The position numbers and the translations under genes are program-made. Source: Azolla caroliniana (taxonomy: Eukaryota; Plantae; Polypodiophyta). From it: a DNA stretch of 64,000 nt. Position 1 is the first letter of the stretch. Each line of letters begins with the position of its first letter. The notes below the pieces were generated by a model. That model had not been told where the DNA came from, ran no database searches, and saw nothing but the letters and a program-made list of their open reading frames with translations. Shown here piece after piece: positions 12,401-23,500 of the stretch. The stretch covers positions 248,001 through 312,000 of the forward strand of contig JBHGNT010000017.1 in the NCBI GenBank assembly GCA_043228905.1. The letters run 5' to 3'.

Positions 12401-15400
12401 CCTTCGTACTGAAGTCGAAGGATCAATTATTGTCAATGTTCAAGGAGTTTCAGGCAAGAATTGAACAAGCGTCGGGTTGGAAGTTGAATGTTGTTCGAAC
12501 CGACAATGGTGGCGAATATAGAGGCCAGTTCAAGGAATACTGCAAGGCCCAAGGTATTCGAATCGAATACATCGTGCCAAAGACCCCTGAGTTAGTGTTT
12601 ATATGATGAACAATATATGATGAACAGGTCTCCCTTAGTGCCATTGAAAGGTGATGTCCCACAGAGGGTGTGGACAGGAAAGGATGTCTCCTACCGACAC
12701 CTGAGGGTGTTCAAATGTCTGGTGTATATGCATGTGGCTAAGGATCAGAGGTCGAAGCTTGACAATAAGCTTGCATATTCATGGGATACTCGGAGGACGA
12801 GTTCGGCTACAAGTTGTGGAACTTAGTCGATAAGAAAGTAGTGAGGAGTCGGGACGTGGTCTTCTTGGAAGACAAGACGATTGAGGGCTGGAGGCAACAG
12901 AAGTTGGAAGCAAAAGGATCAGAGGTCGAAGCTTGACAGTAAGTCGAAACCATGCATATTCATGGGATACTCGGAGGATGAGTTCGGCTATAGGTTGTGG
13001 GACTTAGTCGATAAGAAAGTAGTGAGGAATGGGGACGTGGTCTTCTTGGAAGACAAGACGATTGAGGGTTGGAGGCAACAGAAGTCAGAATCAAAAGGAT
13101 CAGAGGTCGAAGCTTGACAATAAGTCGAAACCATGCATATTCATGGGATACTTGGAGGACGAGTTCGGCTACAGGTTGTGGGACTTAGTCGATAAGAAAG
13201 TAGTGAGGAGTCGGGATGTGGTCTTCTTGGAAGACAAGACGATTGAGGGCTGGAGGCAACAGAAGTCGGAATCAATTTCCCAGTCGACTCCCACTACTAT
13301 TGACTTAATGCCAAGTGAACCGACACAATCGGTTCTTTGGAGACAGCCAGTCGGCACAACCGAATCCGAGTCGGTTGACTCGGAGCAACCGACCAATACA
13401 AATGAGTCGGAATCAGCAGACCTATTAAAGTCGATCCAGGAATACGAGATGGAATCGGCTAACCCTCAGCAACCAATCAACACATATGAACCCGAGCCAA
13501 GAGAAGAGTTAGTAGAGACATCCGAACCGGAGCCGACAAGGAGTGGAAGGAGATACCCACTTAGAGAAAGAAGAGCACCGACTACATATGCCAGTCAATG
13601 CATCCTTGTGACTGATGAAGGTGAACCTGAGTGCTATGAAGAAGCCATAGCTGATGAGCACAAAGAGATAGCAGAGTGCAATGCAAGACGAGATGGACTC
13701 CTTGCACCGAAATTATACCGACGAATTGGTGGAGCTACCAAAAGGTAAAAGAGTAGTCAAAAATAAATGGTCAAAGTCGATAGAAAAAGGGGGTTTCGAC
13801 AGAAAGGGTGTCGACTTCGACAAAATATTCGCACCAATCGTAAAAATGACATCAATCCGAATTGTTCTGAGCATAGTTGCCAGTATGGATCTGGAGATCG
13901 AACAGTTGGATGTCAAGACAACATTCTTGCACAGGGAACTAGAAGAGATCTACATGCAGCAACCCGAAGGCTTTGAGGAGAAAGGGAAAGAGAACCTGGT
14001 GTGTCAACTAAAGAAAAGCTTGTATGGTCTGAAACAAGCTTCACGCCAATGGTACAAGAAGTTTGAGTCCTTCATGCAGGAACATAAGTTCCAGAAAACA
14101 TAGGCAGATCATTGTGTGTTTGTCAAAAGGTACGATGAAGGTGACTTCTTAATTCTCTTATTATATGGGGATGACATGTTGATAGTCGGATAAGACATGA
14201 AGAGGATCGTGAGCTTAAAGAAAGCTCTAGGCAAGTCGTTTGCCATGAAAGTTCTTGGACCGGCCAAGCAGATCTTAGGTATGCACATAGTTCGGGACAA
14301 AACTAAGAAAGTGTTCTGGCTGTCACAAGAGAAATATGTGACAAAGATCTTGGAGTGGTCACAAGTGGATACTCAGGTACTTGAAAGGCACCTCGGGGGT
14401 ATGCCTAAGGTATGGTGTCGGAAAACCTATGCTCGAAGGGCTTACCGACTCGGGCATTTCGGGGGATGTAGACTCTAGCAGATCCACTTCGGGGTACGTG
14501 GGGAGCAATGTTGTGGCAGTCACGACTGCAGAAGTCTGTGGCCTTGTTGACCACAAAGGTAGAGTACATGGCAACGGTAGAGGCCGGAAAATAGCTTATT
14601 TGGATGAGAAATTTTCTCAGTGAGTTGGGGATGAAGCAAAGGGAGTTCTTGCTTCATTGCGACAGCCAAAACGCCATACATCTAGCGAAGAATGTTATGT
14701 ACTGCTCCCGAACCAAGCACATACAGAGAAGGTAGAGTACATGGCAGCGGTAGAGGCCGGAAAATAGCTTATTTGGATGAGAAATTTTCTCAGTGAGTTG
14801 GGGATGAAGCAAAGGGAGTTCTTGCTTCATTGCGACAGCCAAAACGCCATACACCTAGCGAAGAATGTTACGTACTGCTCCCGAACCAAGCACATACAAA
14901 GAAGGTATCACCGGTACTTATTTCTCTTTGTATTCTGAAAAGCCTTGACATTGTACCACGTGCTCAGCTCATGCAACGATTAAAAGCCTTCCGAGCTCCA
15001 ATACATATGCAAGGGGAATCTATCCTCTATATGAATCAATGTTACAAGAAGTTCAAACTCCTATGGATTGTTGAATGTCTTGGCTAGCACAATTGAAGTA
15101 AAACAAGGATACACAGCATCACAAACTCTCTTTGTTCTTATATAGATGAGATAGCTAATTACATGGAGAGATTGGGTAATTCAGAAGCATGCTTAGCAAT
15201 GATAACCATACCAATATTATTGTATGCCAATGACATTTTCTTGAGCCCGTGGTTATACTGATCTTGGTGCCCTTGAAAGATAATGTGCATATATGCAATT
15301 TTGAGAACCTACGAACTTTATGGCTGTTTGATGCACTTGTCCACCAACACTTCTGTGTGTAATAGAGTTTTGGGAAATTGAGGCTTCATAGGGCTCATAA

Positions 15401-16378
15401 CTAGACAGGTTCAAGAGACATTTAGTCTCAATGATTACCGCATGATACGGTGTAAACCATGCATTGTTCCAATCAGGGTGACTATTATCCAACCAATTTA
15501 GGAGCTCCAATCAAATGTAACAATGGTTCCAATCAAATGGCATAAGTATAAATGCATAGACCCCATGCATAAGTATAAATGGGATTGTGCACACTGGAAT
15601 TGTCAGACAGCATACAACCACAACTCATAATCGAAGAACCACTACAACATTCTTTAGTTTCATCACTCCTCAAGCGCTAAGTTAATCAGTGCATCAAAAG
15701 TGGGATTACTATAAATTGGGCAATAGCATGGCCTCTTGATGACAGCCCTATCATGCTTTTTCATTGACTAACAAAGGCCATTATCACCTTGCACCAATGG
15801 TGCTTCATGGACATACGAGAACTCTCCATATTGGAGTGGCCAATGTTGGTGATTTTTCAAAAGCAATAAGTTTCAGTGTTTATAAATAATATGAGATGCT
15901 TTAGTACCTTTGTTTAGTTATATTTATTTCAGTTGGTAGTACTGAAAAATGAGACAACATTTTGAGGTGTAATTTCTTATTTCGACCTTATAGGCCATTT
16001 TGGGCCCTTAAAAGTTGTTGATATATCTTTCCTCTCTCTTATAATGTCATTGTGAAAAGGATCGTTATACATTTGGGATTTGATCTTTTTATCGTTTCAT
16101 TATCTGGTTTGTATGTTAAGTAATGGCTGTGTAATAGAAATTGTATTTATAGACTATGCAAGTTTAATATTTTGACTGATCCAATTGCTATTGTGTAGTC
16201 TTCCCATTACTAATACAAATACGGATTCTTTTTCGGTGCTGATTTATGTGAACAGGTTGAAATATACAGCCGATGTTATAGTAAATCTCCATTTGTCCTT
16301 CAAGGAGCTGGAGCAGGAAATGATACAACAGCTGCTGGTGTCCTTGCAGATATCATGGACTTCCAGGATTTATACTAG
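5346..16378 (+). CDS. Monofunctional homoserine dehydrogenase family protein (no aspartokinase/ACT domains), 12 exons, ~387 aa
   Basis: Exons 5346-5477, 6245-6392, 7584-7664, 7749-7864, 7937-7990, 8151-8238, 8316-8408, 8512-8552, 8647-8700, 8912-9075, 9335-9404, 16256-16378. All introns are GT-AG with consistent phases, total 1164 nt. Motifs: Rossmann [71 protein letters not shown]. Confidence 0.93.
6500..7552 (-). mobile_element. Internally deleted Ty1/copia derivative (~1.05 kb) in HSDH intron 2
   Basis: TG...CA ends with a perfect 5-bp TSD ATTTA (6495-6499, 7553-7557). The 3' LTR is ~6500-6862, followed by the PPT complement cctcctctcagctcc. An RNase H remnant at ~6870-7295 resembles 22382-22810. 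A partial second LTR at ~7317-7552 shares gagagattagttttggggct...ccaaca with the first. Confidence 0.8.
9407..9484. repeat. (TC)~39 microsatellite starting at position +3 of HSDH intron 11
   Basis: Exon 11 ends ...AACCTG|GTTCTCTCTC... Confidence 0.97.
9486..16020 (+). mobile_element. Decayed RTE/RTE-X-like LINE in HSDH intron 11, interrupted by a copia element
   Basis: RT N-terminal part at 9900-10094 ([27 protein letters not shown]...[11 protein letters not shown]). RT continues after ~14915 ([30 protein letters not shown]). The 3' end at ~15950-16015 (tataggccattttgggcccttaaaag) is the reverse complement of the LINE ends at 20720 and 33140. Confidence 0.75.
10095..14910 (+). mobile_element. 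Ty1/copia retrotransposon (Tnt1/Tork-like by motif), 5' LTR present, 3' LTR missing, degenerate
   Basis: LTR 10095 (TGTTAGGAAT) to 10828 (ATCCCATCA). tRNA-iMet PBS TGGTATCAGAGC at 10832-10843. Gag ORF 10932-11747 with [14 protein letters not shown] knuckle. Protease WVIDSGAS, integrase [35 protein letters not shown], RNase H CDSQ..RTKHI. Many stops. Sequence switches to LINE RT at ~14915. Confidence 0.92.
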
Positions 16379-17111
16379 CCATGGATTAAGAAAGGTCTTA
16401 GTGTTGCCTCAAAGACATTGAACTTGCTACATAATGATTAAACTTAATTTGCAACGAGTTGCAAGCTCCATCCATAAAAAGCCTTATCAACTTCACCTTG
16501 AAACAAAGACTAATGTTGTGATGAAGAAAATATGTTTAGAAATCAAACATTTGTTATGTTTTTGTAATTCTTGGAAATTATATTTCTGGCCTCTCGTCAA
16601 TTGAAAACTCATTCCTCATAAAAACATAATCATGCCATATCACAAACTAGAGCTCAATTAGAAGGTTTGGTTACCATGCATGTGTTCATCATATGATAAA
16701 TCAATGCTAGGTATTTCATCATAAAAAATTCAATAGTTGCATCATAAAAGATTTTCTACCATTGACATTGTAGCACTAGAATCATAATATCTTGGCCAAT
16801 CTAAAGATTAATTCTTGGTCTAATGAAAATTCAACACAGTTTTGCAACCATTAGGCAAATCCAGATTTGCCTAATGATGGCATTTCAGTAGTGCATCATC
16901 ACCCTCATATGGAGATATGCAAGGTATCAAGGTAATTTGCAATAATTACGATGATTTATTAAACAAGCATGATAACAACCCTAAACCCTAAACACATTCT
17001 CAAATCCCCACCAATAAATAGGGTGAGGGTTAGGGTGTTTGCATAATCTCCACATGAAGAGTTTTCAAATCCTCTTTCTTAGGAAGGAGTCACGTACAAT
17101 ATATGCTTATT

Positions 17112-17472
17112 TGGTCCCATGGGTCAAATTTGGCCTCCTCATAGACGACAACGCTACTTTTGGAGCAAGATAATTCACAATAGCTGCAATAGTGATGTTA
17201 AACCAAATACAGTAAAGCATCTCTAGTGGCAGCAAGATTTTTATTCTTCTTAAATCAGCTTGACCACAGTCAAAATGGTTGGCTGATGCAATCGTGGTCC
17301 CATGGGTCAAATTTGGCCTCCTCATAGACGACAACGCTACTTTTGGAGCAAGATAATTCACAATAGCTGCAATAGTGATGTTAAACCAAATACAGTAAAG
17401 CATCTCTAGTGGCAGCAAGATTTTTATTCTTCTTAAATCAGCTTGACCACAGTCAAAATGGTTGGCTGATGC
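17112..17472. repeat. Exact 178-bp tandem duplication in the RTEL1 3' region
   Basis: Copies at 17112-17289 and 17295-17472, separated by AATCG. Mirrored by the duplicated peptide in ORF 17107..17481. Confidence 0.95.
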
Positions 17473-17572
17473 CGATTGCATCAGCTTGCAGCATTTAGCG
17501 AAGACATTCTCAGTACATTACAATTACTGAGGTAAAACAATATGATGAGTAAAGCTATTTTCTTCTTACTCA

Positions 17573-20500
17573 TCAATTATTTGAACGTTCAGGTCTTTTA
17601 CGACTTCTGGATGGGAACCCATGTAAAGCAGGATATCTCTGACCATCCACAGATTCTTTATCCCCAGGAAATTTTCGACCTGACATCAAAACATCCAATA
17701 AGAGCCACCACCCGTTATGATTAACCAAATCTTTCATGGTAACTGTAAAATGCCTACATACCAGACAATTCCTCCACTGCCGCACATTTCTCAGCCAAAT
17801 ATTGTGCATAAAGCTCTTGGTGTTGGGTAGGGACAAAATCGCAAAATCTAGAATCACAATTTTGATGCATAAGGCTTCATGAAGATTTCCTAATTTGCGG
17901 TAAAAGACAAACATTATCTGTTACCTGTGCAACAAGAAGAGACGTTGAGGGGCCGAAAATAAATTTGCAACACCTTCCAGAACTGTTCTCATATCTGTAA
18001 GTTGCTGTCTCAAGCCCTTCATATATTCAAAAAATCTTTTGTATTCTGGAGAACTGAGATGTGCTTTGACCTAATACAAGAATGTATTGTTAATCTGTAA
18101 TTCACTTACCTGCATCAACATCCTAATACATTTGGATGGCACTGTGGTGAAAACTAGAGCCATGTGCCTATCATTAAAAAAGAAAAAAGGATGAACACCT
18201 CTTTCAAGAAGTCTGCAGCATTTTTGCTTTTTATATCACCCTTCACAGAATCCTTTGAGCTAACTAAGGCTTTCCTATCAGGCTTATCTTTTCCATCTTG
18301 ATTTTGCCCACCACACTCCAGATTATCAGAAGAACTGGTCCTGGAAGCATTATCCCCCTGATTTTGGCCAATGTGTACACTTGTAGAATGCATGTTCTTG
18401 AGGGGTTCAGAGTCTCTTTTCCTCTTGGAAGATGGAGATGGTGAAGCAAGGTTGATAGCATCTAACACAAAAACTTCTGAACTTTGATCATTTTGCAACC
18501 CTGTTTTTGTCTTCAAACCACCATAAACATTTGCAACAGCTTCACTTCCAGTTGCCCGATTAGCTGGAGTAATATCAAGAGAAGATATGCGTTTGGTTGT
18601 TGAATTGCCACGGGAACCCGCAAGAATTGCAGACAAAGACTTCGGAGTGCTCAATGATGCAGCATTTAAAGTGGAATGTGAATCAAGTGCCTAAAATATT
18701 TCTACAAGTCAAACTACTTCCCCCTTCCACCAGTATATACATGACTCAATAAAACGAGGAGAGGCCTTACAAATGGTTGGGTGAATTTCTGACCCAATAA
18801 TCCAACCTTGTCTATGCTTGAATATTTTTCTACTTCAGCCACCCCTTGACCTGTGGCCACATTTGAAAGACATGCATGAGATGACTTTACTCCAATTCAA
18901 ATGAGCTATGCAGATGACTCTACAATAATATTTTCATTCATATATCTCCTGCAGATGCAAAGGTTAAATAGTGTGCATACAATATATTCCATAACAGCTA
19001 ATAGGAATATCTTTTATCTACAGCTTCACCAAGCCATTCATCTTAAAGAGAATAATGCTTGCCTTCACTAGGGTAAAATGATTTTGCATTCCTCTGATTG
19101 TGTGACACAATACAATGTAAATCTGGCTTTAGCGATGATTTGCTGCTGATCCCTGCAAAAAACCATATATGTGAAGGTAGTTTTTTAATGCAACATGACC
19201 ATGAAACACCTTCTGATGGGCAGAAATTTGGAACGTTTGGAACAAGTCAGGCTGAAATATATATAAGTTATTAGGGAGATATGGTTATCTGGCTCAATAA
19301 CAAATTCCCAACAGTATACTTTGAATCACCATCCTACTTACCAATGTTGCAGGAACTAGAAATGAGAAGCAGAAAATGCTATATATTGCATATAATATAA
19401 AAGAACGTGACCAACTCTTAAGTCTCACAAAATAACTGCATACAAGCTTTGACCCTCTGTAAATAGACATAGAAAGATGTAGTTCTGGTGAATAATGAAA
19501 ACAATCCATGGAATCAGTTGTGTCAACTCCACTTCTAGGTTCCAAGGAAGAACTTGACTACAGAAGGGATATTCAACACTGTTATTACCAAAAGTTAGTC
19601 CAAAAACTGTTACTGAACCCTTAAGTGTGATACAAAATACATTCAAGCCATTCTTGTCAGAATAATAAGCAGAGAAAGCCAACTAAGAAATATACAGGGG
19701 GAGAAGATACCATTCTCATGTTGATTGAGGATTGGCTTTGTGGTACAATCAGAACTACATCTGTCCCGGAAAAATCTTGTCAATGTATATGTAGCATCCC
19801 CAAATTTTGAGTAGCACTGATTAAATATAAAGGAAGACCTCTAAAAAGTTTGAACAGTATATTAACTTCATACATATTCTGAGGTAGAAAAATGTTTGAA
19901 CAGTCTACTAACTTCATTCTGAGATAAATAAGTTCATGACGCTGACTTGGCAGCATGCAAAAGAAATTTTCTTCAGATATATGTATTTTATATTTAGACG
20001 TCCTTCTGTCATGTATAGTTTGTCTTTGTACTGTTAGTGAAAGTTTCCATAAAGCAATCGTAATTTGGTTGTCATGTAATCTTAATAGTTTTAATCTGTT
20101 TATAGCATTTCTCTGGATGAATCTTTATGCATCTAAGATTCTACATTCAATTTTAGGTCCATCCCTACATGTAGGAGGTCAAATACGGTTCCTTGGTTCC
20201 GAGTCAGGTCATAAAATTTATTGGATGAATAAAATGACAATTCTATTAATGAACCCTTTCTTCTAGACCTTACACAGTCATCATTAACTAATCTCTAGGC
20301 TCTGACCACATTCATGCTTAAGACTAATAGAAAATTGATAAAAAAAATGAAGCACAATCACCATTTTCTAATCACATTCTTATAGACTGTTGCTGCCACA
20401 GTTATCCTTTTTCCATTAGGTTTGATTTAGGTAGGATATTAGGGTTTGAAGTGCATCTCAAGAACCCCTATCTTTACTGCTCATAATGAACTTATATGTA

Positions 20501-23500
20501 TAGGCAAACACCAATCAAAAAAGTGGAATATGAAAGCAATAGACAAGGTTGTAATGGCGGGGCAGTCTAATGGCACCTACAACATTAGGAGCAAGTGAGA
20601 ATAGGAAGCCAGGAACAGAGGATGTAGCAAGCGCAAAAGTCTCATAAAAGTGGTCAAGCAACACAGGCTACAGCACAATGAGAGTACACCTCTATTTTAC
20701 ATAGAAGAAGAAAAAAATATTAGCGTCTTTTAAGAGGCCAAAATGGCCTATAAGACCAAAGAAGAGATTACATCTTAAAATGTTGTCTCATCTTTGAGAG
20801 TAATAAACCAAAATTAATGTAGCTATGCGACAGAATAAATAGAAATAGACTAAGATGCTGTCCTGTAGTTCACAGTCTCATCGCATTGTCATGTAAATGA
20901 GTGTGCTTGTGCTATTCGAGTGGGATCACACGGGAACTGAACCAAGGAAGGCAAGATGCCAAGAGAAAAGTCTTATAACCCCCTTGTGGGTAATCTCTTG
21001 CATACTCCCCTTCAATGTACAAAAGCAATGTCATGTTCAAGTATTTGATTCGCGCCAAGGGCTCACTAGACTTGAAGAATTCCTAGACTCTAGGGCTCGC
21101 TAGTTGTGAGTTGGGGTCTTGTTCCAGTAGCGTCACAATTCGACTTCTCTCTTACCACGAACGCACTTGAATGGTTATGAACGAAATTAGGTCTAATTAC
21201 ACTAGATTAACACAATAAATCTTGATTAAGACCAAAACCGCTAATTTACAATAGGTTTTACAATGTCATTACAAAAAAATCCTAGTAGTGATTGCGAGCG
21301 GTGTTTAATGGTGTAACAAAAGCATTGAGTTAATGATAAGGATCCAAACTTTGTGGTATCGATGAGGCCTTGCCTACAATCAACAGTAACGATGCACTTT
21401 TGTTGATGTAGTGTCCTCATGCCATTTTGAGCTTCCTTCCTCGACCGGTAGTCGAACTTTATTTCTTCCCTCTAACACACTAGCACAGTGTGATGGCTCA
21501 ATGGTGGTGAAGAAATCCCAAAAACAAGAATAGAAGAAATTGAAGAAGAGCTGGTCCAACTCCACTCTCATACTCACTCACTCTCAAATCCTAGACTCCA
21601 AGTAGAATAAAGAAGAAGAGGAAACCCTAAATTTAAACAATAAAGACGTCCAAAACGCCAAAAAAAGAACCCCCAAAATGAAAACTCCTCTCCCCTTTTA
21701 ATAGTAAAAGAGGCATCACCAACCACATTTAATACTCACCTGCCCCTTTTCCATCAAATATTTCATATAAATATATATAACATTTATATTGTTGTTCCCC
21801 TTTTCCATATTTCTACTTTTGGACCCACCACATCATGACAACATCAAATCACCGAGATTTTATCCAACAGGAGATTGTAGAAGCAAATGAGATGGTTGGG
21901 GGAAAGAGCACGAGATTATGCAAAATAGATGCCAAGCCGTTAATAGCAGCAACGGAAGAGTTAGAACAAAATAGACACAGCCAAGCTGTGAGAAGGCTGT
22001 TAGACAGTAGTAGAAAAAATGGTTGCAAAGAGTAGAGACACAGCCAAAGAGTTGTGCTTGTTTCTAAGTAGCAACAGAAAATAATCTCCTTACAAAAGAG
22101 GCTAGTATAAGCCTATTTATACAAAATTGGGAATGGTTGTTTGGTAGTTAAGAGACTCTTGTACTACCAAATAGGTACAATAAACTACAAATAAAAAAAG
22201 GGAATATCTTGAAAAAAGTGGAAGAGACAAAAGGCATTTAAAGCAATGCAGATTCTAGAGAGAGAAGGCATTTAAAGAGTTACAGATTCTAGAGAGAAAA
22301 AAATCTGGGAAGAGAGAGAATGTAGTACAAAGATAATAAAGATGAAAGAGAGTGCAAGTCTGGAGCTGCCACCCTCCAACACCTCTCAGCTCCAGAACGG
22401 CGGTCCAACATTGAGTTGATCGAGGAGCTGATCAATGGCTTGCCTTGGAAGCAGCTTTGTAAATAAATCAGCCACATTTACTTGAGTAGGGCAATATGAC
22501 AAGTTGATGACTTGTGATTTTACTAATTCACGAACAAAATGGTAGTGCACTTCGATGTGTTTTGTTCTACCATGAAATGCTGAGCTATGTGCCAAGGCAC
22601 GGGCACTTTGGCTGTCGGTGAAAACTGCAATAGGAGAGTCTTGCAAAACACGAATGTGAGAAAATAATTGCATTAACCATAGCAACTCACAGCAAGTATC
22701 CAAGTAGGCGCGGTATTCAACTTCCGTCGATGAAGTAGAAACTAGTTTTGCTTCTTTGATTTCCAAGAAATCAAGCCTGAACCTAACATAAAACAATAGC
22801 CAGATGTGGACCTTCTAGAATCAATATCACCTGTCCAATCAGCATCTGAGTAGCCAACAAGCTCAATGCCGCCTCTAAAAGGCAGACCGTAGTCGAGTGT
22901 GTTGGCCAAATACCGAAGAACTCGAATAGGTGCTTGCCAATGACTTTGTCTTGGAGGAGTTGAGAATTGGCTGAGAATACTCACGCTATAGGACAAATCA
23001 GGCTTGGTATAAGTTAAGTGAAGAAGGAACCCAATTAACCTTCTATATTTCGTGATATCCTCAAATATGGGAGAATTGTCTTCACGAGATAGCTTTGAGT
23101 TTGGATCCATTGGACAGGAGAGTGGCTTGCAATTTGACATGCTATAGGTCTCAAGGAGCTGCCTGAGATACCTATGTTGGCTGAGAAAGATACCACCATG
23201 TGATTGATAGACCTCCATACCTATGAAATAATGGAGAAGTCCTAGATTAGTCATTTCAAAGGTTATTTTGAGGTCAGCGCAGACCTCCTCGATTTTAGAT
23301 GCAAGGGACCCTGTAATTAGAAGGTCGTCAACATATAATATGATCAAGCAAAGCAAATTATCTTGGGAAAAAACATAGAGATTGTTGTCAATATTACAGT
23401 TTTGAAACCCAAGAGAGAGAAAGAAGCTATCAATTTTGTCATGCCAAGCTTTGGGAGCTTGCTTTAAGCCATACAAGGCTTTGTGTAACCTGTAGACCAT

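Noticed and set aside
17107-17481. 124-aa ORF with an internal repeat as a separate gene
   Set aside because: It is produced by the 183-bp-period duplication downstream of the RTEL1 stop and has no recognisable homology.
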